22,115 nt of DNA from Kofleriaceae bacterium (GCA_046597055.1 JBKJLC010000071.1:1-22115), one strand, 5' to 3'. Shown: positions 1 through 11,913, counted from the stretch's first letter. Translations and numbers: made by a program. Notes: generated by a model from the letters alone, not told the origin.

Positions 1-138
1 TTTCCCGGTGGCCCTGAGCCGGCGCCGAAGGCGCCGTGTCGAAGGGCAGAGCGCCAAGGTGCCGCACGTGATCTTCGACGGGCTGCCCTTCGACGGCGGG
101 CTCGCTTGCGCTCGCCCTGGCTCAGGGCCACCGGGAAA
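1..138. repeat. Palindromic REPIN/MITE-like element, copy 1 (20-bp perfect terminal inverted repeats)
   Basis: TTTCCCGGTGGCCCTGAGCC (1-20) is the reverse complement of GGCTCAGGGCCACCGGGAAA (119-138). Internal IR GTCGAAGGGCAG/CTGCCCTTCGAC. Near-identical copy at 10103-10240. It starts at base 1, so it may extend beyond the window. Confidence 0.9.
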
Positions 139-210
139 GATGTGCGGGATCCTGAGGGCAGACCTCGGCATTGATCACAACTCGCCAGGTGGCCGAGAGC
201 GTTGCGCCTG

Positions 211-255
211 TCCCGGTGGCCCTGCGCCGGCGCCGCAGGCGCCGTGTCGAAGGGC
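211..255. repeat. Half copy (left arm) of the same palindromic repeat
   Basis: TCCCGGTGGCCCTGCGCCGGCGCCGCAGGCGCCGTGTCGAAGGGC matches the left arm of copy 2 with one substitution (CTGAG>CTGCG). It lies just downstream of the dnaB stop. Confidence 0.85.
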
Positions 256-290
256 CAGACGCGCAGGGTGCAGTGTCGGGTCGCCGCGGG

Positions 291-1670
<1,380 letters not shown>

Positions 1671-1792
1671 GGAGGGCGCTCCTTATACGGCATCCGCGTC
1701 GAGCAACCCAGCCCGAACTCGCGTGCGGGCCATGCTCGGCCGCCCCGCACGCGCTTGCTCGCCGCAAGCTCCTGTACTATCTCGGCCGCGAC

Positions 1793-3388
1793 ATGCCCAC
1801 TCCCCTGCCGGGCACTGCGATCGGACCGTACCGGATCGAAGGCGTGATCGGCGCCGGGTCGATGGGCGACGTCTATCGTGGTGTCGACACCGGCCTCAAT
1901 CGCCGGGTCGCGCTGAAGATCCTGTCCGAGCGCCACAAGGACTCGAGCGAGCTGCGCGCCCGCTTCGTCCGCGAAGGCCGCGCGGTCGCGGCGATCCAGC
2001 ACCCCAACGTCGTCCAGGTGTTCGCCACCGGCACCTTCGAGCAGCGGCCCTACATCGCGATGGAGCTGCTCGAGGGCACCGACCTCGCGTCGGCGATCGA
2101 GTCGCAGGGCCCGATGACGTCGGCCGAGGCTGCGCGCGCGATCCTCGATGGCGCCCGCGGCCTGCACGCCGCGGCCCGCGCCGGCCTGATCCACCGCGAC
2201 GTCAAGCCGTCGAACCTGGTGTTGCTCACCGGCGGTCAGGTGAAGGTCACCGACTTCGGGCTGGCCAAGCCGGTCGATCCCGGCAGCGAGCCGGCGCTGA
2301 CGGCGCTCGGCGTCGTGGTCGGCACGCCCGACTACATCGCGCCCGAGCAGGCCCGCGGCGAGACCATCGACGAGCGGGTCGACATCTACGCGCTGGGCGG
2401 GACGCTGTACTTCTTGCTGACCGGGGTCCCGCCGTTCCGGACCGGGTTGCCGGCCGAGGACAAGTACCTCAAGGTCGTCGCCCGTCACCTGAAGGCGGCC
2501 CCGCCCGATGCCCGCGACCGGGTACCGGCCACCGACCCCGAGCTCGCCGAGCTGGTCCGGACCCTGATGGCCAAGAAGCCGGCCGAGCGCCCGGACTATC
2601 CGACGCTGATCGCGCGGCTCGAGCAGATCCTCGCCCGCCTCGAGCGCGGGGGCGCCGGCCAGACGCTGGTGCCGCTGACGCCCGAGGGCTCGGGCGGGTC
2701 GTTCTCGAAGACGCCGTACGTCGGCGGCGACGGCATGCCGCTCGATGTCGACGACGACGCGACCGGCGCCGGCGCGACCAAGGCCGCGATCGCCGCGGTC
2801 GGCGGGGGCGGGCTGCCGCGCTGGCTGTGGGTGGTGACGGCGCTGTCGATGGTCATCTTCGCGGTCGGCCTGGTGATGTACCTGTCACGCGGGTCGACCT
2901 CGGCGCCGCCCGGTGAAGCGCCGGGCGCACCGGTCGTCGTGATCGACGCGGCGCCCCCGCCGATCGATGCCGCCCCGGCCCCGGCCGCCCCCGAGGCGCC
3001 GACCGACATGGTGCTGGTCCGCAAGGCCGACGGCACCCCGTGGCTGTTCGTCGATGTCCGGCCGGTCACCGCGGCCGCCTACGCCGCCGGCTTTCCCAAG
3101 CTCAAGCCGCCGGCGGCCGCGATCGCCGACGATCCGGTGGTGATGGCGCCGTACAACTTCGCCAAGGCCTACGCGCAGACGGTCAAGAAGCGGCTGCTCA
3201 CCGCCGAGGAGTGGGATGCGGCGGTCCGCACGCCCGGCGTGATCGCGACCCCGGCGACGTACGAGTGGGTCGCGCCCGCGGTCGGCAAGGCGGCGCCGGT
3301 GCGCGCGCCCGGCAAGACCGGCATGCGCACGATGAAGGGCCACAAGGACGTCACCTTCCGGCTCGGCCTCGACCTGCCGGCGTCCTGA
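1793..3388 (+). CDS. Membrane Hanks-type Ser/Thr protein kinase with Pro/Ala linker and C-terminal reduced FGE-sulfatase (SUMF1-like) domain
   Basis: Kinase motifs [32 protein letters not shown] helix [22 protein letters not shown]-terminal FVDVRPVT...PVV...[12 protein letters not shown]...EWV...TFR resembles FGE-sulfatase motifs. Confidence 0.93.
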   Translation: MPTPLPGTAIGPYRIEGVIGAGSMGDVYRGVDTGLNRRVALKILSERHKDSSELRARFVREGRAVAAIQHPNVVQVFATGTFEQRPYIAMELLEGTDLASAIESQGPMTSAEAARAILDGARGLHAAARAGLIHRDVKPSNLVLLTGGQVKVTDFGLAKPVDPGSEPALTALGVVVGTPDYIAPEQARGETIDERVDIYALGGTLYFLLTGVPPFRTGLPAEDKYLKVVARHLKAAPPDARDRVPATDPELAELVRTLMAKKPAERPDYPTLIARLEQILARLERGGAGQTLVPLTPEGSGGSFSKTPYVGGDGMPLDVDDDATGAGATKAAIAAVGGGGLPRWLWVVTALSMVIFAVGLVMYLSRGSTSAPPGEAPGAPVVVIDAAPPPIDAAPAPAAPEAPTDMVLVRKADGTPWLFVDVRPVTAAAYAAGFPKLKPPAAAIADDPVVMAPYNFAKAYAQTVKKRLLTAEEWDAAVRTPGVIATPATYEWVAPAVGKAAPVRAPGKTGMRTMKGHKDVTFRLGLDLPAS

Positions 3389-3437
3389 CCGCCGCATCGG
3401 CCAGGCCGACCACCCACCGGTGTATAGTCGCCGGCCC

Positions 3438-4379
3438 ATGTCCGACGTCGATCGGCTCGTCGATCTGATCACCGCCCGGGTGCGCGAGCGGATGGCGAGC
3501 CCCAGCCCTGCCAGCCCCGACCTGTCCACCCTCGCCCCGCGCGACCGCGGCGCGTGCGTCGACGACAGCGCGCCCGGGGCCGACTGTGCGGGCTGCGGTG
3601 CCTGCGTGGTGCGCCGGCCGTGGTCGGTGCGCGCGCTCGAGGGCTCGGGTGCGATGCGGGTCGGGGCGCCGGCCGGCATCGGCGCGGTCCCGGCCGATCT
3701 CGGCAAGCTGATCGACCACACCCTCCTGCGCAACGACGCGACCAAGGACGAGGTCGTCGCCCTGTGCGACGAGGCCCGGAAGCACCGGTTCGCGTCGGTG
3801 TGCGTGAACACGACCTGGGTGCCGCTGTGCAAGGCGCTCCTGGCCGGCACCGACGTCATGGTGTGCGCGGTGGTCGGCTTCCCGCTCGGCGCGATGACGC
3901 CGACCGCGAAGGCCTACGAGGCCCGGGACGCGGTCCGCCAGGGCGCGCGCGAGATCGACATGGTGATCAACCTCGGCGCGCTCAAGTCCAAGGACTACGA
4001 GACCGTGTTCGAGGACATCTGCCGGGTGGTCAAGGCGTCGGCGCCGGCCGGGGTCAAGGTGATCCTCGAGACCGGCTCGCTCACGCACGACGAGAAGGTG
4101 ATCGGCTGCACGCTGTCGAAGCTGGCCGGCGCCGCGTTCGTGAAGACCTCGACCGGGTTCGCCAAGGGTGGCGCCACCGTCGAGGACGTCGCGCTGATGC
4201 GCTCGATCGTCGGCAACGACGTCGGCGTCAAGGCGTCGGGCGGCGTGCGCACCGCCGAGGACGTGGTGCGGATGGCGCAGGCCGGCGCCAACCGGATCGG
4301 CGCGTCGGCGTCGGTCGCGATCGTCACCGGGTCTACTGGCTCCGGCGACGGCAAGGCCGCCGCCACGAAGGGTTACTGA
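3438..4379 (+). CDS. deoC: Deoxyribose-phosphate aldolase with ~85-aa N-terminal extension (amphipathic helix plus C-x9-CxxCxxC)
   Basis: IDHTLL, VGFPLG, EIDMVIN, KVILETG, FVKTSTG (Schiff-base Lys), GVKASGG, RIGAS. Start placed at ATG 3438 rather than GTG 3420. Confidence 0.96.
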   Translation: MSDVDRLVDLITARVRERMASPSPASPDLSTLAPRDRGACVDDSAPGADCAGCGACVVRRPWSVRALEGSGAMRVGAPAGIGAVPADLGKLIDHTLLRNDATKDEVVALCDEARKHRFASVCVNTTWVPLCKALLAGTDVMVCAVVGFPLGAMTPTAKAYEARDAVRQGAREIDMVINLGALKSKDYETVFEDICRVVKASAPAGVKVILETGSLTHDEKVIGCTLSKLAGAAFVKTSTGFAKGGATVEDVALMRSIVGNDVGVKASGGVRTAEDVVRMAQAGANRIGASASVAIVTGSTGSGDGKAAATKGY

Positions 4380-4382
4380 TCC

Positions 4383-5723
<1,341 letters not shown>

Positions 5724-5744
5724 CGCGCAGCACCAGCGAGCCCC

Positions 5745-6632
5745 ATGAGCCAGCCTACCCGCGACGTCCACGGCGACCTTCACGGCCGCGTCCAGGCCTC
5801 GGTCAACGCCATCCGCAGCAAGATCGGGGCGCGCGCGCCGACGGTCGGCCTGATCCTCGGCTCCGGCCTCGGCGGCTTCGCCGATCGGCTCGAGGACGCG
5901 GTCGGCCTCGACTACGGCGAGCTGCCCGGGTTCCCGGTGTCGCGGGTCGAGGGCCACGCCGGCCGGCTGGTGATCGGCCAGCGCGGCGGCGCCACCTGCG
6001 TCGCGATGAAGGGCCGCGTGCATCTCTACGAGGGCTGGACCGCGGCCGACGTCGCGTTCCCGGCCCGGGTGCTGGTCGCGCTCGGCGCCAAGATCGTGAT
6101 CGTCACCAACGCCGCCGGCGGCCTGCAGCCGGCGTGGCCGCCGGGCACGCTGATGCTGATCCGCGATCACATCGACATGCTGCGCGATCACCCGCTGCGC
6201 GGCCGCAACGACGACCGGCTGGGCCCGCGGTTCCCCGACATGACCCACACCTACGCCGCCGAGCTGCGGACGCTGGTGCGATCGGTCGCCGCCCGCCAGG
6301 GCATCGCGCTCGAGGAGGGCGTGTACGTCGCGATGCCGGGCCCCTGCTACGAGACGCCGGCCGAGGTGAAGATGCTGCAGGTGATCGGCGCCGACGCCAC
6401 CGGCATGTCGACCGTGCCCGAGGTGGTGGCCGCGCGGCACATGGGCGCGCGGGTGATCGGCATCTCGTGCATCACCAACAAGGCGGCCGGCATCACGGGC
6501 GAGCCGCTGTCGCACGCCGAGGTCACCGCCACCGCCACCCGCGTGCGCGCGACGTTCGAGGGCCTGCTCGACGGCATCCTGGCTGCGCTGGCCGCCGGCG
6601 GCGAGCTGACCCCGGCGGGAGCCCCGGCGTGA
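5745..6632 (+). CDS. punA: Purine-nucleoside phosphorylase (trimeric, inosine/guanosine type)
   Basis: ILGSGLG, VEGHAG, GRVHLYEG, TNAAGG, GPRFPDM, GPCYETPAE, GMSTVPE, ITNKAAG (Asn typical of 6-oxopurine specificity). Confidence 0.95.
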   Translation: MSQPTRDVHGDLHGRVQASVNAIRSKIGARAPTVGLILGSGLGGFADRLEDAVGLDYGELPGFPVSRVEGHAGRLVIGQRGGATCVAMKGRVHLYEGWTAADVAFPARVLVALGAKIVIVTNAAGGLQPAWPPGTLMLIRDHIDMLRDHPLRGRNDDRLGPRFPDMTHTYAAELRTLVRSVAARQGIALEEGVYVAMPGPCYETPAEVKMLQVIGADATGMSTVPEVVAARHMGARVIGISCITNKAAGITGEPLSHAEVTATATRVRATFEGLLDGILAALAAGGELTPAGAPA

Positions 6633-7051
6633 CCGCGCCGTCGGACGCCGAGCTCGAGGCCGCCGCGCGCGGGGCCCAGCGCCGCGCCTACGCGCCCTAC
6701 TCGCAGTTCCAGGTCGGCGCGGCGCTGGTGGTCGCGTCGGGCGAGGTGTTCACCGGCGCCAACGTCGAGAACGCGTCGTACGGCCTGTGCGTGTGCGCCG
6801 AGCGCAACGCGGTGATCGCCGCGGCGCTCGCCGGCCACCGCGACGTGCGCGCGATCTGCGTGGTGACGAAGATCGCCCCGCCGGCGTCGCCGTGCGGCAT
6901 GTGCCGGCAGACCCTGCTCGAGTTCGCCCACGATCCCGCGACCACCCGCGTGATCTCGCTGGGGCCCGACGGCGCCCGCGCCGAGTGGACCCTGGCCGAG
7001 CTGATCCCGCACGGCTTCACCGGCGGCCAGCTGCCGCCGCCGGTCCGGTAG
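6629..7051 (+). CDS. cdd: Cytidine deaminase
   Basis: AYAPYSQFQVGAAL, GANVENASYGLCVCAERNA, PCGMCRQ zinc motifs. GTG start overlaps the PNP TGA (GTGA). Seen as the C-terminal part of track ORF 5639..7051. Confidence 0.95.
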   Translation: MTAPSDAELEAAARGAQRRAYAPYSQFQVGAALVVASGEVFTGANVENASYGLCVCAERNAVIAAALAGHRDVRAICVVTKIAPPASPCGMCRQTLLEFAHDPATTRVISLGPDGARAEWTLAELIPHGFTGGQLPPPVR

Positions 7052-7190
7052 CCGTCCGGCCCGCGGCTCGCCGGGTCCGACGTTCGCCACCACGCCTGGC
7101 GCGTCGGCAGGGCTGTGACGTGGATGTCGCGATCGCCGGCGGGCACGTCGACCGGCCCGCGCGAAGTGCCGAAGATCACCGCACGCGGGT

Positions 7191-7206
7191 CGGAACAACC
7201 GATGCA
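7191..7206 (+). promoter_or_regulatory. Possible sigma54 (-24/-12) promoter for the SBBP gene
   Basis: CGGAACAACCGATGCA has GG-N10-GC spacing and sits 12 nt before ATG 7219. It has several mismatches to TGGCAC-N5-TTGC. Confidence 0.3.
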
Positions 7207-7218
7207 ATGTGGACCCAC

Positions 7219-9000
7219 ATGCATCGGTCGGCGTGGTGGCGTCTCCTTCCCGGCGGTCTGGTCGTCCTGGCCGCGTGCACGGGTGGTGTCGAGGGCACCA
7301 CCGCCGCGTATCACGAGGCCGGCGGCGGCGACCCCGACCCACCGCCGCGGCCGGAGCTGAGCAGCTACCTGGGCGGCGCCGGTGCCGACCACGTCCTCGA
7401 TGTGGCCTCGGGCGGTGGCGATCTCTACGTCGTCGGCGGCACCGGCTCGAGCGACGTGTCCGGATCGACCGCGACCATCGACACCACCGCCGCGGCCGAC
7501 TGCACCGCGTGTCCGTCCGACGCGTTCGTCGCCCGCGTGGGCAGCGCCGACGCCACGCTGCGCTGGGTCCGGCCGATCGGCGGGCCCGGGTTCGAGCGCG
7601 CCACCGCGGCCGCGGTCCACCGCGACTACCTCTATGTCGGCGGCAGCGCGCGCGACCTCCCTGCCACCCAGTCCACCGCCGACCCCACGTTCGCCGGCGG
7701 CGCCACCGGTGAGCGCGGTGGCGAGGACGGCTTCGTGTGTCGCCTCGACCGCTTCACGGGCGGGGTCCAGTGGTGCACGTACGTCGGCGGCACCGGCCCG
7801 GGCGGCATCTCCGATCTGGCGGTCGCGCCCGACGGCTCGGTGGTGGTGGCGTTCACGTCGCCCGCCGGCGAGGCGCTCCACCTCGATCCGGCCTACGCGG
7901 CGGCCTTCGCCGGCCGCCACCGGCCCACGCCGATGGGCGCCGACGGCGTGGTGCTGCGGCTGTCGGGCGACGGCGCCACGTTCCTGTGGGCGACCTACGT
8001 CGGCGGCAGCGGCGCCGAGGACGGCACGCCCTCGATCGCGATCGCCCCGAACGGCGACATCTACTACCTCGGCGCGACCACCAGCACCGACCTGGCGACC
8101 CCGGGCGGGTTCGTGCGCACCGCGCCCGCCGGGACCAACCTGTTCCTGTACGGGCTGTCGAGCGACGGCGTCACCCAGCCCTACGGGTCCTATCTGGGCG
8201 GCGATGGCGACGACACCACCGACGGCAACGCGCTCGCCAGCGACACCGGCGGTGGCGTGGTGCGCGTGCACGTGGCCATCTCGACGACGTCGAGCACGCT
8301 GCCGGTCACTCTCGGCCAGCCGTACGGCGGCGACGGCGGCGACGGCGGCAATTGCGGCCGTGGCGACGTCTGGGTCGCGACCCTCCAGGTCGAGCCGGTC
8401 CGTGACCCCTCGGTCATCCACGCCAGCTACCTCGGCGGCACCGGGGGCGATCGCGCGGGCGCGATCGGGCTGATCGCCGGCCGGGTGGTCGTCGCCGGGG
8501 AGACCTCGTCCCCGTACTTCCCGACCAGCAATGGCCAGCCATCGGTCGCCCCGTGTTCGGCAAGCAACCCCGGCGGCAGCGATGGGTTCGTGGCGATGTT
8601 CGACCCGCTGCTGCAGGTGGTCCGTCAGGGAACCCTCGCCGGCGGCTCCGGCACGGACGGGCTGCGCGCCCTGGCGACTTCCAGTGGTGGCCAGCTGCTG
8701 CTCGCGGGCGACAGCACCTCCGCGAACTACCCAAGCGCCCGCGCGTTCGATGCGACCTACGGCGGCGCGGGCGATGGCGTCGTCACCGTGGTGTGGGCGT
8801 CGCTTGCCCTCGGTGAACGCGATGGCATGGAGCCGATCCGCGACGGCTCGGTCGGGATCGGCGCCGATGCGATGGATCCCGACCTGCTGGAGACCGGTGT
8901 GAGCGGCTGCTGCTCGACCGGCACGCCGGTGCGCAGCACGCTGCTCCCCACGCTGATGGTGGCGGCGCTGCTCGGCCGCCGCCGCCGCCGCCGCGCGTGA
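7219..9000 (+). CDS. Surface protein with SBBP (beta-propeller) repeats, lipobox and MYXO-CTERM-like C-terminal tail
   Basis: Repeated SYLGG/TYVGG, YVVGGTGSSD, GETSSPYFPT, DAFVAR/DGFV. N-terminal LVVLAAC. C-terminal SGCCSTG-hydrophobic stretch-RRRRRRA. Alternative ATG at 7207. Confidence 0.82.
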   Translation: MHRSAWWRLLPGGLVVLAACTGGVEGTTAAYHEAGGGDPDPPPRPELSSYLGGAGADHVLDVASGGGDLYVVGGTGSSDVSGSTATIDTTAAADCTACPSDAFVARVGSADATLRWVRPIGGPGFERATAAAVHRDYLYVGGSARDLPATQSTADPTFAGGATGERGGEDGFVCRLDRFTGGVQWCTYVGGTGPGGISDLAVAPDGSVVVAFTSPAGEALHLDPAYAAAFAGRHRPTPMGADGVVLRLSGDGATFLWATYVGGSGAEDGTPSIAIAPNGDIYYLGATTSTDLATPGGFVRTAPAGTNLFLYGLSSDGVTQPYGSYLGGDGDDTTDGNALASDTGGGVVRVHVAISTTSSTLPVTLGQPYGGDGGDGGNCGRGDVWVATLQVEPVRDPSVIHASYLGGTGGDRAGAIGLIAGRVVVAGETSSPYFPTSNGQPSVAPCSASNPGGSDGFVAMFDPLLQVVRQGTLAGGSGTDGLRALATSSGGQLLLAGDSTSANYPSARAFDATYGGAGDGVVTVVWASLALGERDGMEPIRDGSVGIGADAMDPDLLETGVSGCCSTGTPVRSTLLPTLMVAALLGRRRRRRA

Positions 9001-9074
9001 AGCTGCGTGCACTTGCCCGGTCGAGCGCCGGTCGCGACCCCGGCTTTTCGCTGCCGCCTCGCCGACCCGTGCGG

Positions 9075-9080
9075 TAAGGT
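9075..9080 (+). promoter_or_regulatory. -10 element (TAAGGT) of a putative leaderless promoter
   Basis: TANNNT hexamer 6 nt before ATG 9087, with no Shine-Dalgarno. Confidence 0.5.
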
Positions 9081-9086
9081 CCGACC

Positions 9087-9983
9087 ATGCTGCTCACCCG
9101 CGAAGAAATGTCGTTCGACTTCGACGGGGGCACGCTCGATCCGGTCCGCGACAAGGCGTTCCTCGAGTGGGCGATGAACCAGTTCCTGTACGGCGAGATG
9201 ACCGGCATCCAGGTTGGTCACTGGCTCTACGAAGCGCCTGACTTCGAGGCCGCCAAGTTCCTGGCCCGGCAGTCGCTCGAGGAGATGCAGCACGTCGACA
9301 ACTTCCTCCGCATCATGACCATGATGGGGCTACGGCCGGGCCCGGCGCACTGGGCGGTGCGGTTCCTGTCGACCGGCATGATGGGCTCGAGCTGGGCCGA
9401 GCACGTCGCGCTCGAGATGGCGCAGGGCGAGGGCTTCGTGCTGCAGGCGTTCTACGCGATCATCGACACCCTCGATCACAAGCCGTCGGTCGACATCCTG
9501 CGCCGCGCGGTGAAGCAGGAGGAGCGCCACGTCGAGTTCGGCGAGCGCGAGACGATGAAGGTGATCGCCGACCGGGCGTGGCTGCGCCGGCGCCTGCTCG
9601 GCCTGTCGCTGGTCTCGATGTGGGGCGTGCGCCGGCTGGCCGGCTTCATGGGCTCGCGTCTGCCCGCCGACCATCCGGTCCTGCGCCACCTGCCGGCCTT
9701 CCTGGCGCTGTCCAACCGGTGCGCGGAGCTGCGGCTGCAGCGGATCGGCGTGCTGGACCGGCCGCTGGCCCGGATCGGCACCATGCGACGCGCCGCGCTG
9801 GTTGCCGAGGCCTACGGCGGCAAGGCGCTCGGCGGCCTGTTCGACCTGGTCACCCTGCCCCTGCGCCTCCTGCCCTTCTGGCCCAAGAAGAAGCGGCTCA
9901 CCGACGTGTACCTCACCGATCCCCACGTCGCTGGCTACCAGCTGCCCTCCGGCCCCGCCGAGGTCGCCGACGCCCACGACTGA
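9087..9983 (+). CDS. Ferritin-like diiron-carboxylate protein
   Basis: Paired helix motifs YGE...EEMQH and GE...EERH. C-terminal hydrophobic/basic region. Confidence 0.85.
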   Translation: MLLTREEMSFDFDGGTLDPVRDKAFLEWAMNQFLYGEMTGIQVGHWLYEAPDFEAAKFLARQSLEEMQHVDNFLRIMTMMGLRPGPAHWAVRFLSTGMMGSSWAEHVALEMAQGEGFVLQAFYAIIDTLDHKPSVDILRRAVKQEERHVEFGERETMKVIADRAWLRRRLLGLSLVSMWGVRRLAGFMGSRLPADHPVLRHLPAFLALSNRCAELRLQRIGVLDRPLARIGTMRRAALVAEAYGGKALGGLFDLVTLPLRLLPFWPKKKRLTDVYLTDPHVAGYQLPSGPAEVADAHD

Positions 9984-10102
9984 CCCTGCCGCTCAGCGCT
10001 CGGATCTCCGAGGAGTGCGCGCGCTAGCAGCGAGCGAGGAGCCGCCGTCGCGATCACGTTCTGTTTCGTTGGGATGATCACAACGCGAGCGAAAGCCCCC
10101 GC

Positions 10103-10240
10103 TTTCCCGGTGGCCCTGAGCCGGCGCCGCAGGCGCCGTGTCGAAGGGCAGAGCGCCAAGGTGCCGCACGTGATCTTCGACGGGCTGCCCTTCGACGGCG
10201 GGCTCGCGTGCGCTCGCCCTGGCTCAGGGCCACCGGGAAG
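10103..10240. repeat. Palindromic REPIN/MITE-like element, copy 2
   Basis: Identical to 1-138 except two substitutions and a 1-nt difference in the terminal A run. Lies between convergent genes. Confidence 0.9.
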
Positions 10241-10297
10241 ATGTAGCGCTTCGATCGTCGATCGCGATCGCTTCCGCCGCTCCCATTGGCATCGCGA

Positions 10298-11347
10298 CTA
10301 TCGGCAAGTCGTGGTGACGCGGCCCGCCGACCCCACGGTGGCGGCGACGCCGACGGTGCGACCGACCAGCGCGCCGGTCGTGATCGGCGTCGAAACCAGG
10401 GCCATCCGCACCCGCCACACGTCGTTGCCGCCGTCCGTCCCCACCCGCTCGACGACGAACGTCCCGCGCAGCCGGACGTCGACCGTGTCCATGGCGCCGG
10501 ACTTCATCCGCTCGACCTTGGCGGTCAGCGTCGCTGACACGATCGCGACCGCGCGCGACGGGCCGAGCGCGAGGCGCACGCCCTCGAGCTCGACCGCGGA
10601 CGCGCCGAGGCTCTGGGCCAGGCTGGGGCCGGTGCGGGTCGCGCTGTCGCGGAGGACGTGGAGCGGATCGGGCCAGACCGCCAGCGCGCCCTTGCGGTCG
10701 TCCCACAGCGCGCGATCGCCATCGACCGCAACCGCGCTCGCGACCACGTCCTGCGCGGCCTTGGAGCCGGGCTGGCGCTCGATCGCGGTCACCATCCGGG
10801 CGCCGTCGGGTCCGGTGGCCGCGTCGAGCCAGCGGCCCATCGGCTGCGCGTACGCGAGGTGCTCGGCGACCAGGGTCCACCGCTCGCTGTCGCGGGCCCA
10901 CACCTGCGCGACCCGCAGCGGCACGCTGGCGATGCGGTCGCACACCGGCAGCCGCAGGCTGACGTCGTCATAGCTCCAGCCGACTGTCCGGTCGGCGGAC
11001 AGCCCGAGCACCAGCCCGCGCGACACCACCGTCACCGGCCGGCCGCCGACGTCGACCACCGGCCAGCGCCCGTCGGGCGCGGTGCCGACCGACACCGCGT
11101 CGGGCCCGACCCCGATCGCGGTCAGGCCGACCGACGGATCGATCGCGGTGCCAGCCGCGGCCGCGTCGAGCGTGTCGCGGGTGTAGCTGGCGCGGACCTC
11201 GACCTCGAGCTCGCGCAGCAGCGCGCCGACCGGGTCGCCCTGATCGGTCGACGCCGGGTCGAGCAGCACCGGCCGACGCGGGCTGGCGCCGATGCGACAG
11301 CCCCCCAGCGCCGCCACGATCGCCGCCGCCGCGATCAGCCGCCGCAT
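10298..11347 (-). CDS. Putative lipoprotein, probably two tandem NTF2/SnoaL-like domains
   Basis: Signal peptide and lipobox MRRLIAAAAIVAALGGC. Two beta-rich halves end in LRVAQVWARDSERWTLVAEH and LRGTFVVER...WRVRMALVS. Start overlaps the mocA-like stop. Confidence 0.7.
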   Translation of the reverse strand: MRRLIAAAAIVAALGGCRIGASPRRPVLLDPASTDQGDPVGALLRELEVEVRASYTRDTLDAAAAGTAIDPSVGLTAIGVGPDAVSVGTAPDGRWPVVDVGGRPVTVVSRGLVLGLSADRTVGWSYDDVSLRLPVCDRIASVPLRVAQVWARDSERWTLVAEHLAYAQPMGRWLDAATGPDGARMVTAIERQPGSKAAQDVVASAVAVDGDRALWDDRKGALAVWPDPLHVLRDSATRTGPSLAQSLGASAVELEGVRLALGPSRAVAIVSATLTAKVERMKSGAMDTVDVRLRGTFVVERVGTDGGNDVWRVRMALVSTPITTGALVGRTVGVAATVGSAGRVTTTCR

Positions 11348-11913
11348 CGACGCTCCCGATCGGCCGGGTGATCGACATCGGCGATCACGCCCTCGTCGGC
11401 GACCTCGAGGCGCGTCAGCGCGCCGCGCAGGACGCCGCGGGCGCCCTCGGGCAGGTCGGTGCACCCGGCGAGCGCGGCGAACAGGCGACGCGGCACCAGG
11501 GCCGGATGGCCACCGCGGCCGCCGTGAACCGGCACGCCGTCGGGGTGCGCACACAGCGCCGCGACCGTCGCCGCCGCCACCCACGGATGATCGACCGGCC
11601 ACAGCAGCGCGGCCGTCGGCGCGTCGTCGCCGCGGGCGGCCAGCACGCCGAAGCCGAGCGCGACCGAGCTCGCCATCCCGCGGGCCGGGTCCGGGTTGAC
11701 CACGACGGCGGCGCCGAGCGCGGCGGCGGCCGCGGCGACCTCGATGCCGAACGGCGGGCCGACCACCACGACCAGCTCGGCCACGCCCGCGGCGCGCGCG
11801 GTCGCGACGATGCGGCCGAGGAAGCTGGTGTCGCCCGCCGGCAGCAGCGCCTTGGCGACGCCGCCGAGCCGGGCGCCGGCGCCGGCGGCGACGATCACGG
11901 CCGCGATGGTCAC
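11335..11913 (-). CDS. mocA: Molybdenum cofactor cytidylyltransferase-like NTP transferase (MocA family)
   Basis: VIVAAGAGARLGG-K, NPDPARGMASS, WPVDHP, GRGGHP, DVDHP. GTG start overlaps the xdhC TGA. Confidence 0.85.
   Translation of the reverse strand: MTIAAVIVAAGAGARLGGVAKALLPAGDTSFLGRIVATARAAGVAELVVVVGPPFGIEVAAAAAALGAAVVVNPDPARGMASSVALGFGVLAARGDDAPTAALLWPVDHPWVAAATVAALCAHPDGVPVHGGRGGHPALVPRRLFAALAGCTDLPEGARGVLRGALTRLEVADEGVIADVDHPADRERRCGG

Noticed and set aside
1..255. Possible CRISPR array
   Set aside because: No regular repeat-spacer periodicity, the unit is too long and dispersed, and there are no cas genes.
3000..3388. FGE/CLec domain as a diversity-generating retroelement target
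   Set aside because: No reverse transcriptase and no template/variable repeat pair seen in the window.
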